Below are positions 54,701-64,000 of a DNA stretch of 64,000 nucleotides, piece by piece. Below the pieces are notes generated by a model, which was given only the letters and a program-made list of their open reading frames with translations, ran no database searches and was not told the origin of the DNA. How positions within the stretch are numbered: the stretch's first letter is position 1; every line of letters starts with the position of its first letter. Position numbers and translations under genes: made by a program. The stretch comes from Macrostomum lignano (taxonomy: Eukaryota), in NCBI GenBank assembly GCA_002269645.1, contig NIVC01002377.1:62001-126000 (forward strand), read 5' to 3'.

Positions 54701-55310
54701 GGAGCAGTTTAAACTATCTTAAAAGTAGTTTAGATTTACTTAGGAGTAGTTTAATTTAATTTAGGAGTTTTAACTTAGTCTAGATCATTTCAGAATCTAA
54801 GTTAAGAATATTTTTAGAGTTTAGAATAATTTAGGAGTAGCTGAAAATATTTTAAAACTAGTTTAGACTATTTTAGGAACACTTTTAGATAATTTTAGGA
54901 GTAGTTTAGATAATTTTAGGAGTAGTTTAGATAATTTTAGGAGTAGTTTAGATAATTTTAGGAGTAGTTTAGATAATTTTAGGAGTAGTTTAGATAATTT
55001 TAGGAGTAGTTTAGATAATTTTAGGAGTAGTTTAGATAATTTTAGGAGTAGTTTAGATAATTTTAGGAGTAGTTTATACGCTCTTCTAATAGTAGTCTAG
55101 GCTAACATAGTCTAATGAGAAATGGGTTGAATAATGCAAGTACTTCTGTCCCGGTCTGCCGCAGGGTTCGATTTCGTCCAGCCACCCACGATAGCAGAAG
55201 CAGCAGAAGCAGCTTCAGGCGGCAAAAAAACGGTTGGCAGGGTTGCCGTGTCATCAACTCTGCTAAGCGACACACCGGCCACGCCAGACAGTTCAACAAA
55301 TGGACAGTGA
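45702..55310 (+). CDS. WNK: WNK-family Ser/Thr kinase; exons 45702(acceptor ends 45647)-46081, 46605-47400, 48116-48381, 49290-49619, 49744-49939, 50731-51114, 52316-53092, 53939-54422, 55165-55310
   Basis: GEGAYKRVY (Lys in subdomain I) and AWCEL (Cys replacing the subdomain-II Lys) are diagnostic of WNK. Also HPNIVRYYD, HRDLKPEN, GDFGLAT, YMAPE and a post-kinase PF2-like segment (FEFQLDCFIDEDLENVV). Junction phases are consistent; terminal exons are less certain. Confidence 0.9.
46130..46460 (+). repeat. 12-bp (TTGACCCAGGGC) and derived 24-bp repeat, WNK intron 1
   Basis: Read directly. Confidence 0.95.
47410..48055 (+). repeat. Two adjacent related arrays, 21-bp (TGATGCCTGACCCACTGTAGC) then 22-bp (CCTGACCCATCTCAGCTATCAT), WNK intron 2
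   Basis: Read directly; shared CCTGACCCA core. Confidence 0.94.
48400..49215 (+). repeat. 33-bp minisatellite (GTGAGATTTCGGGATGAGATCTCTCTGTTAAGG), WNK intron 3
   Basis: Read directly. Confidence 0.95.
50025..50695 (+). repeat. 25/30-bp minisatellite with AGCCAATCAG core, WNK intron 5
   Basis: Read directly. Confidence 0.94.
51130..52220 (+). repeat. 27-bp minisatellite (GATCATAACTAGCCAATCAGAGATCTA), ~40 copies, WNK intron 6
   Basis: Read directly. Confidence 0.96.
53120..53830 (+). repeat. 21-bp minisatellite (CCGATTTCGATTGGTCATGGA), WNK intron 7
   Basis: Read directly; CCAAT on the minus strand. Confidence 0.94.
54885..55075 (+). repeat. 21-bp repeat (GTAGTTTAGATAATTTTAGGA), WNK intron 8
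   Basis: Read directly. Confidence 0.92.
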
Positions 55311-55814
55311 AACTAAATATAATCTTATATTTGATTTGCATTGGGTTCGGTTCGTGATGTCATTCATCATTTATCTAATTTCATCATCAAAATGTTTTTG
55401 TCTTCTCTGAAATACTCGAATTCAATCGGTGAATCTTTCTTTACCCTTAGAATACTTGGTTTCTTTCCTGCATGGATACTACTACTGTTTACTAGTAGTA
55501 TTAGTGGTAGAAGTGGCTAGCGTGCACAATAATCCCCCCGCGTGTAAGGGGTCAGTGTAATGATTGTTAACTGCTGCTGCTGGTATCTCCTTTGCCTTCC
55601 TATATTGTATTTATCTTTTGTTCCCCAGTGAGTAGCGAGTAGCAAGTAGTGAGTAGCGAGTGTAACTTCAAGTTGTAATCTTATTTATTTGTTTATTCAT
55701 ATTTCAATGCAGAGTTGGTTTGACCTGTTTAAAATATTGATTTATAGAGTAATTTTTTACTAACCTCTAATTTAAAACTTATGTTGTCATTTGATGAAGA
55801 TTTTTAATGTCATT

Positions 55815-56420
55815 TATTGGATTTTAATGTAATTTAATGGGATTTCAATATATTTTAATGGGATTTCAATATAATTAAATGGGATTTTAAATGTATTTTA
55901 ATGGGATTTCAATATAATTTAACGGAATTTCAATATGCTTTAATGGGATTTCAATATAATTCCATAGGATTTTTGTAATTTATTGGGATTTCAATATAAT
56001 TTAATGGGATTTCAAATGTATTTTAATGGGATTTCAATATAATTTAATGGGATTTCAATATAATTTAACGGGATTTCAATATAATTTAATGGGATTTCAG
56101 TATAATTTAATGGGATTTCAATATAATTTAATGGGATTTCAATATAATTTAATGGGATTTCAGTATAATTTAATGGGATTTCAATATAATTTAACGGGAT
56201 TTCAATATAATTTAATGGGATTTCAGTATAATTTAATGGGATTTCAATATAATTTAACGGGATTTCAATATAATTTAATGGGATTTCAGTATAATTTAAT
56301 GGGATTTCAATATACTTTAACGGGATTTCAATATAATTCCATAGGATTTTTATGTAATTTATTGGGATTTCAATATAATTTAATGGGATTTCAATATAAT
56401 TTGATGGGATTTTAATGTAA
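55815..56420 (+). repeat. 21-bp minisatellite (AATTTAATGGGATTTCAATAT)
   Basis: Read directly. Confidence 0.94.
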
Positions 56421-57402
56421 TGTAGCGGGATTTGTGTAACTTTTTGGGATTATAATAATGCAATTATTACCAAAATTGGGTATTTTACACCAAAGTGTGT
56501 GTATTATGCAGTAAAAACAAATTTCCAACATGAGTAGATAAGTAGGATATAGTGCATATTAACGTCTAAATTTCGTTTTCGCACTCAACTTGGAATTTTA
56601 CAAGAGCAAGCAATTAAAATCACTTTATTATGTTGAAGTATGTTCTGCCAAATAAATTTTTGACCAATGTCTGCGCTTTATAACATAAGGTGCTTTTCCT
56701 TGATTGTGAACTCAAGCTACTACTCGTAAGTAGTTACTAAAAAGGTTTTCAGCCAATTAAGTTGTAATTGCTTGAATAATTCTACCGAGGCCTATTAAGC
56801 TTAGTTTGTTGCCTTTTATCATTTAATTAGTTTATGTTGTTATACTCGAGCTATACTACTCATGTGCTGATATCGATTCTCTGCCCTTTTTGCCTTTTTT
56901 CTTATTTTACCCCAACAATTTATTTCATCACGGGCTAGTTTATAATGCAAAGCTTGGTTTTTTGTGTCTATTATTTCAGTTTTGTGAACTAATAGCTTTT
57001 GTGTGCGATGACACTCCTAGTAGTAGTGGCTGTAGCAAATTTAGTTATTAATGCTCTTATTAACACTGGTTTTTCCTTTTCACTTATACTTTTTACTAAT
57101 AGTAATGCCTATATTTATGTATGCGTATATACGAGTACATGCGTGTACTTCAGACGACACAAGTAAAGTAATGTAAGAATACACCTTGAATGCATGGATA
57201 TTCCAGTTCAGGGCGGCGCCGCTATTAGTTGAATGCTGAATTTGTTTTTATTCTCCTGCAATTCGCTGCCGTAGCGGCGCCCTTCCGCGCACTTCTGTCC
57301 GTCACGCGTGACCTATTTTTTTACAGATCTTAATTGCCAGTTGCAACTCTCTGCTTCGTGTGTTATTGTTTTATGGGAAAATTAACCATGAATGTCATTG
57401 GC

Positions 57403-57885
57403 AGGGAGTGAGGTGGGTGCCGTTAGCAAGGAGTGAGGTGGGTGTCAGTCAGACAGGGAGTGAGGTGGGTGTCATAGACAGGGAGTGAGGTGGGTGTCAG
57501 TCTGAAAGGGAGTGAGGTGGGTGTCAGTCAGACAGGGAGTGAGGTGGGTGTCAGTCAGACAGGGAGTGAGGTGGGTGTCATAGACAGGGAGTGAGGTGGG
57601 TGTCAGTCAGACAGGGAGTGAGGTGGGTGTCATAGACAGGGAGTGAGGTGGGTGTCAGTCAGACAGGGAGTGAGGTGGGTGTCATAGACAGGGAGTGAGG
57701 TGGGTGTCAGTCAGACAGGGAGTGAGGTGGGTGTCAGTCAGACAGGGAGTGGGTGGGTGTCGTAAGGAGTGAGGTGGGTGTCGTAAGCAGTGAGGTGGGT
57801 GTCATAGGGAGTGAGGTGGGTGTCATAGACGGACTGGGTGGGTGTCGTAAGGAGTGAGGTGGGTGTCATAGGGAGTGAGGTGGGT
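57403..57885 (+). repeat. 24/27-bp G-rich minisatellite (GGGAGTGAGGTGGGTGTC...)
   Basis: Read directly. Confidence 0.93.
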
Positions 57886-59454
57886 GCACGCTTTTGTACA
57901 AGTTCGCTAATTCCCCCCAAGCGCCCCCCGAGCCATTTGGCAATCGTTGATCCCAACTAAGCAGAGCCAACTGCAGCTTAACGGAACCTCTCAGTCAAGC
58001 CTCAATCGCCTTTGTCCAAGCGAAGCCAGTAAGACAACACAGCATTTTGTGTCTGCGCTTTCGAGAAAATGTCACGAAACCGGACCGGCTGTCATTGTGT
58101 GTGCGCTCGCGCGCCATTGTGCGTCACGCAAGACTACGGCGGAGGTTTAAAAAGAGAAAATCCGGATCTCATCCTAAGCAGCGGGTGGAAAGCGTCATGT
58201 GTCAGTTGTGCTGACCATTTATGCCGAGTAGGAATGAATGAATGAATGAATGAGGGTTGTCATTAAGAGCAAGGATTTTTGTCTAACAAGAGTCAGCCAG
58301 CTCAGGGACCACTGCGGACATGGGAGTGACTACGAGTAGCCTGGGCCAGTTCTCTTTCAAATAATTGCATATTGCTAGTCGGCTTTTTACCATAGATATT
58401 TCCCGCTGCTGGGCGCGGGCAGAGCATATTTAACCATAGACAAAGTTTCAACTATTAGAGAAGAGAAGAGGAGGGAAGAGAGAGAGAGACATTATAGGAA
58501 CTCTGTTAGTAGCCAAGGATCTTGACAATTGTTGAAATCTAACTTGCATTGTATTTTATTAATTAGTTGATAGCTGTTTTCAACGATTCTCTCGAATCAA
58601 ACGGCCGGCCCACCCGCCGTGGGCAAGCGAGAGCAGTTTTTCAAAAGAAGAAAAATGCAATTTCAAGCCGCAAATTCAATTCAGTAATGAAAGAACGACG
58701 CGAAATGAATGCCAGAGGAAGACGGGACAGAAAAACAAATTAATTCTCTGCCAAAAAATGATTCAAGCTACCCCAGGTCCCGCCCGCCATGGACACAGAC
58801 AGAGACTCTCACCAGAGAGAGAGAGTCTCGTAGCTTTCTAATTTCTGCGGAAGCACTTCAAAAGGAAAAAGACAAAGGGCTGGCGGTGCGTTGCTGCTGG
58901 TGGAAGAGTCGGCCGTCGGCAGACTAGAAAGAAACTTTTAGGGAGCTGAGCCAGACCCGTTCCGCTCACTCTCTCCCCTTCCGTGAGCCCCGCCCTTGAC
59001 TGCAGCTGCCGCCAAGGGGGGGGGGGCGGCAGTGAAGGCCCAGCTGAAGTGAAGAGGAAAAACACAATTGAAAGCGAATTCACAAATACCGCATTTATAC
59101 CTCCCTAGCCTTGGCTCTCACTGACACCGCGCAGGCGTGACACTTCATTTGTGAATAGGAGGCCAGCCAGACCGGCTCACTGACTGCATACTCCTGTTTT
59201 TCTGTTGGAGCGGCGCACTGTTTGGCATGCGGTTTTTGTTCTCTTTTGTCTCTCAGTCAGTCCCCCGCACCGCCACGCCCCGTGCTCAGCCGCGTCTCAA
59301 CTAGTTTTGTCTCTTTCTCATTCCTCTCCCCTCTCACTGAGTTGCTGTTCCAACGAAATTTTCTGCAGACAGAACTCACTTAATTTTTCAGCTCACCGCT
59401 GATAGCTTGTAGTTTTAGCTGTGAGTTTCTTAATGCTGGATTATACACTGTGCG

Positions 59455-60145
59455 ACTGGGACTGACTGAGAGCTCTGCTTGTGACTGAGAGCTCGGATTG
59501 TGACTGAGAGCTCTGGGTTGTGACTGACTGAGAGCTCTGATTGTGACTGACTGAGAGCTCTGGGTTGTGACTGACTGACTGAGAGCTCTGATTGTGACTG
59601 ACTGAGAGCTCTGATTGTGACTGACTGACTGAGAGCTCTGATTGTGACTGACTGAGAGCTCTGATTGTGACTGACTGACTGAGAGCTCTGATTGTGACTG
59701 ACTGACTGAGAGCTCTGATTGTGACTGACTGACTGAGAGCTCTGATTGTGACTGACTGACTGAGAGCTCTGATTGTGACTGACTGAGAGCTCTGATTGTG
59801 ACTGGCTGAGAGCTCTGATTGTGACTGACTGACTGAGAGCTCTGATTGTGACTGACTGAGAGCTCTGGGTTGTGACTGACCGAGAGCTCTGATTGTGACT
59901 GACTGAGAGCTCTGATTGTGACTGACTGAGAGCTCTGATTGTGACTGACTGACTGAGAGCTCTGATTGTGACTGACTGAGAGCTCTGATTGTGACTGACT
60001 GACTGAGAGCTCTGATTGTGACTGACTGAGAGCTCTGATTGTGACTGACTGACTGAGAGCTCTGATTGTGACTGACTGAGAGCTCTGATTGTGACTGACT
60101 GACTGAGAGCTCGGATTGTGACTGACTGAGAGCTCTGGTTTGTGA
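59455..60145 (+). repeat. 23/27-bp minisatellite (GAGAGCTCTGATTGT(GACT)2-3)
   Basis: Read directly. Confidence 0.94.
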
Positions 60146-60589
60146 CTGATTTGGACTCGCATTACTTTAAAGTTCAACTAGCTGGACTGCTAAGTGACTC
60201 AGACTGCAGACACAGATTTCATATAAAGTTTACAAAGGCTTCAATTATACGGATATGGATTAAGACGAAGAGCCATGCAGGAACCGGAAGTCAAGGTCTG
60301 GGCCTTGGATCAAACTGATTACACGAGCATTGCAATAAGATGGCGTCTCCCATTACAGCTTTGCAAACACAGAGTGATCGTGTCTTTTCTCGGCTCATTC
60401 GTCTCGCTTAAAAAGCGGCCCGGACACTCCAGACTGCTGTTGGATGAGGCGGTCTGTTTGCTCACTAACTTTCTTTTTCGAAAAGCATATATAATGTATG
60501 GGCAATTTCTATACATATATAGGCCTGGGGTACAGACTAGTTCGTCTGCTGTACCATTGAAGACTTACTGTTGTCAGAACTACACACCA

Positions 60590-61150
60590 CTCTGCTCTTG
60601 GCGCCACTGCCTCCCTCTGCTCTTGGCGCCGCTGCTTCCCTCTGCTCTTGGCGCCGCTGCTTCCCATTTCTCTTGGCGCCACTGCCTCCCTCTACTCTTG
60701 GCGCCACTGCCTCCCTCTACTCTTGGCGCCACTGCCTCCCTCTACTCTTGGCGCCACTGCCTCCCTCTACTCTTGGCGCCACTGCCTCCCTCTACTCTTG
60801 GCGCCACTGCCTCCCTCTACTCTTGGCGCCACTGCCTCCCTCTACTCTTGGCGCCACTGCCTCCCTCTACTCTTGGCGCCACTACCTCCCTCTTTTCTTG
60901 GCGCCACTGCATCCCTCTTCTCTTGGCGCCACTGCCTCCCTCTACTCTTGGCGCCACTACCTCCCTCTTTTCTTGGCGCTACTGCCTCCCTCTTCTCTTG
61001 GCGCCACTGCCTCCCTCTACTCTTGGCGCCACTGCCTCCCATTTCTCTTGGCGCCACTGCCTCCCATTTCTCTTGGCGCCACTGCTTCCCATTTCTCTTG
61101 GCGCCACTGCCTCCCTCTTCTCTTGGCGCCACTGCCTCTCTCTTGGCGCC
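60590..61150 (+). repeat. 25-bp minisatellite (CTCTTGGCGCCACTGCCTCCCTCTA)
   Basis: Read directly. Confidence 0.95.
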
Positions 61151-61544
61151 CCTGCCTTCCTCAATCTATACTCGTAATTTAACTTAATTGCACCGCTACT
61201 CCTTAATGACTGTTAATTTCAGCTGTAATAATGAGAGCGACAGTCAGACAGATAAGGCACAGATAAACGAGAGATTAAAATGACAGGCTTTGCACAGCAA
61301 AGGGTCAGCGGCGGACACGCTCTCTTAGCCCTACTATACAGTTGTAAGAACTCAGCTGTTTCACTTTTGACCCGAGGATTTTTTGTCGGAACTTTCGCTG
61401 AGCTGTCAAGGATCAGCAGCTGCGCAAACTTGCTGTCAATCCTGGCTGTCTTTCCTATCTGGAAATATTGACTAAAATTTCAATGAGAGCATTGTGCTTC
61501 TATGCTGATCAATCGCTTACGAGAGGGGGGGATAAGAGGGATGA

Positions 61545-62550
61545 GATAGGAAAGGGAGAGATAGGAGAGGGAGAGATAGGAGAGGGAGAGATAGGAGAGG
61601 GAGAGATAGGAGAGGGAGAGATAGGAGAGGGAGAGATAGGAGAGGGTGAGATAGGAGAGGGAGAGATAGGAGAGGGAGAGATAGGAGAGGGTGAGATAGG
61701 AGAGGGTGAGATAGGAGAGAGAGAGATAGGAGAGGGAGAGATAGGAGAGGGTGAGATAGGAGAGGGAGAGATAGGAGAGGGTGAGATAGGAGAGAGAGAG
61801 ATAGGAGAGGGAGAGATAGGAGAGGGAGAGATAGGAGAGGGAGAGATAGGAGAGGGAGAGATAGAAGAGGGAGAGATAGGAGAGGGTGAGATAGGAGAGG
61901 GTGAGATAGGAGAGAGAGAGATAGGAGAGGGAGAGATAGGAGAGGGAGAGATAGGAGAGGGAGAGATAGGAGAGGGTGAGATAGGAGAGGGAGAGATAGG
62001 AGAGGGAGAGATAGGAGAGGGAGAGATAGGAGAGGGAGAGATAGGAGAGGGTGAGATAGGAGAGGGTGAGATAGGAGAGAGAGATAGGAGAGGGAGAGAT
62101 AGGAGAGGGAGAGATAGGAGAGGGAGAGATAGGAGAGGGTGAGATAGGAGAGAGAGAGATAGGAGAGGGAGAGATAGGAGAGGGAGAGATAGGAGAGGGA
62201 GAGATAGGAGAGGGAGAGATAGGAGAGGGAGAGATAGGAGAGGGAGAGATAGGAGAGGGAGAGATAGGAGAGGGTGAGATAGGAGAGGGTGAGATAGGAG
62301 AGAGAGAGAGATAGGAGAGAGAGAGAGATAGGAGAGGGAGAGATAGGAGAGGGTGAGATAGGAGAGGGTGAGATAGGAGAGAGAGAGATAGGAGAGGGAG
62401 AGATAGGAGAGGGAGAGATAGGAGAGGGAGAGATAGGAGAGGGAGAGATAGGAGAGGGAGAGATAGGAGAGGGTGAGATAGGAGAGGGTGAGATAGGAGA
62501 GAGAGAGATAGGAGAGGGAGAGATAGGAGAGGGAGAGATAGGAGAGGGTG
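61545..62550 (+). repeat. Purine-rich repeat based on a 15-bp unit (GAGATAGGAGAGGGA)
   Basis: Read directly. Confidence 0.96.
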
Positions 62551-63284
62551 AGGTAAGAGAGGAATGAGGCTGCTTTTTACATCTGTATATTCGTGATCCC
62601 AATCAAAGGTCACCGATATCAAATGTCAATATATAAAAATATAAATCCAGAACACTATATTTAACCTGTGGAGGGCAATACTTCAAGCCGAATATTTTAT
62701 CAATCCAGTCAAAACAATCTAGAAAACGCATCAAATCAAGATTGGCCCTATAGCCGCTTAAGCGGAATTCCTAAGGCCGTGAATCCGTGTGTTACGCAAT
62801 CACCAATTGCTGGCTTGTCGACATTCTAAAGGAAACACTGAATCGGGACATTGGGGGGTAGGGAATTGAGAGGCTTACGGAGCACACAGGTTTCATTATT
62901 CATAGATCAAAAACACTGTGATGCGCTTGCAAGCAATATGTCAGCTTTGAGTCAGTGTGGCACACGTGCCCCAATTTGAGCCTCTGGCTGATGATGTTTT
63001 GAGCTTTGAACAAACACAAATCTTGATGGCAAACACTAACGGAGCTGAGCACTGAATGGTGACCAATTGATACTGAGAAAGTTTGCCAATAACAGCTGTA
63101 AAGACTGGGAAATAGTTTGTCTGCAATTCAATGACAATACGGTGGACAACTCAAGTAAAGAGGACGCTACATCCGCAAAAATGGAACTTCCGAATTCCAA
63201 AAAAGCAGCTCTGCCCGAGGTGCACTCAAAAAGTTTATTAAGCAGTGTGTTTTCCTGAAATGCTACCGGAATCCGACAATTCTA

Positions 63285-64000
63285 GTGAGAGGGAGAGAGG
63301 GAGAGACGGAGAGAGGGAAAGAGGGAGAGAAGGAGAGAGGGAAAGAGGGAGAGAGGGAGAGAGGGAGAGAGGGAGAGAGGGAGAGAGAGAGAGAGGAGGA
63401 AAGAAAGAAAGGGAGGCAGAGGGGAGAGAGAAAGGAAAGAGAGGGAGAGAGAGGGAGAGAGAGAGTGAGAGAGGCAGAGAGGCAGAGAGGGAGAGGGAGG
63501 GTGGCAGAGAAAGATAGATGGAGAGAAGGAGAGAGGGAGAGAGGGAGAGAGGGAGAGAGGGAGAGAGGCAGAGAGGCAGAGAGGGAGAGAGACAGAGAGG
63601 CAGAGAGGCAGAGAGGCAGAGAGGGAGAGAGGCAGAGAGGCAGAGAGGGAGAGAGGCAGAGAGGCAGAGAGGCAGAGAGGCAGAGAGGCAGAGAGGCAGA
63701 GAGGCAGAGAGACAGAGAGGGAGAGAGGGAGAGATGGAGAGAGCAGAGAGGGAGAGAGGGAGAGAGGGAGAGAGGGAGAGAGAGAGAGAGGAGGAAAGAA
63801 AGAAAGGGAGGCAGAGGGGAGAGAGAAAGGAAAGAGAGGGAGAGAGAGGGAGAGAGAGAGAGAGGAGGAAAGAAAGAAAGGGAGGCAGAGGGGAGAGAGA
63901 AAGGAAAGAGAGGGAGAGAGAGGGAGAGAGAGAGTGAGAGAGGCAGAGAGGCAGAGAGGGAGAGGGAGGGTGGCAGAGAAAGATAGATGGAGAGAAGGAG
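63285..64000 (+). repeat. GA-rich low-complexity repeat with internal duplication, runs off the window
   Basis: The block at ~63380-63530 recurs at ~63850-64000. Confidence 0.93.

Noticed and set aside
61468-62622. (GEIGE)n ORF as collagen-like, and its antisense ORFs
   Set aside because: Period is 5 aa from a 15-bp purine repeat, not Gly-X-Y.

Overview
Eukaryotic (animal) genomic DNA. GC-rich exons, introns packed with minisatellites and acceptor sites just before first coding exons suggest a flatworm such as Macrostomum (inference only). I reconstructed six spliced host genes from GT-AG junctions and motifs. On the + strand: ERCC2/XPD (3' part), SPTLC1, a small secreted neuropeptide-like precursor missed by the ORF track, V-ATPase subunit H and a WNK kinase. 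On the - strand: an R9AP/R7BP-family gene. Mobile elements: a Tc1 (DD34E) element with an IS630/Tc1/mariner element nested in its last codon, a spliced P-element/THAP9-type transposase in an ATP6V1H intron, and a Penelope-like fragment. About 19 of 22 resolved introns carry a tandem repeat, nearly all with a unit of their own. Best leads: (1) a ~55-copy minisatellite built on RFX X-box motifs upstream of the R9AP/R7BP-like gene, plus CCAAT-, E2F- and AP-1-bearing arrays elsewhere; (2) an unannotated Cys-loop (C-x8-C) neuropeptide precursor; (3) a WNK with natural DFG in place of DLG, matching the engineered chloride-insensitive WNK mutation; (4) possible operon/trans-splicing organisation. No prokaryotic systems or CRISPR arrays are supported.
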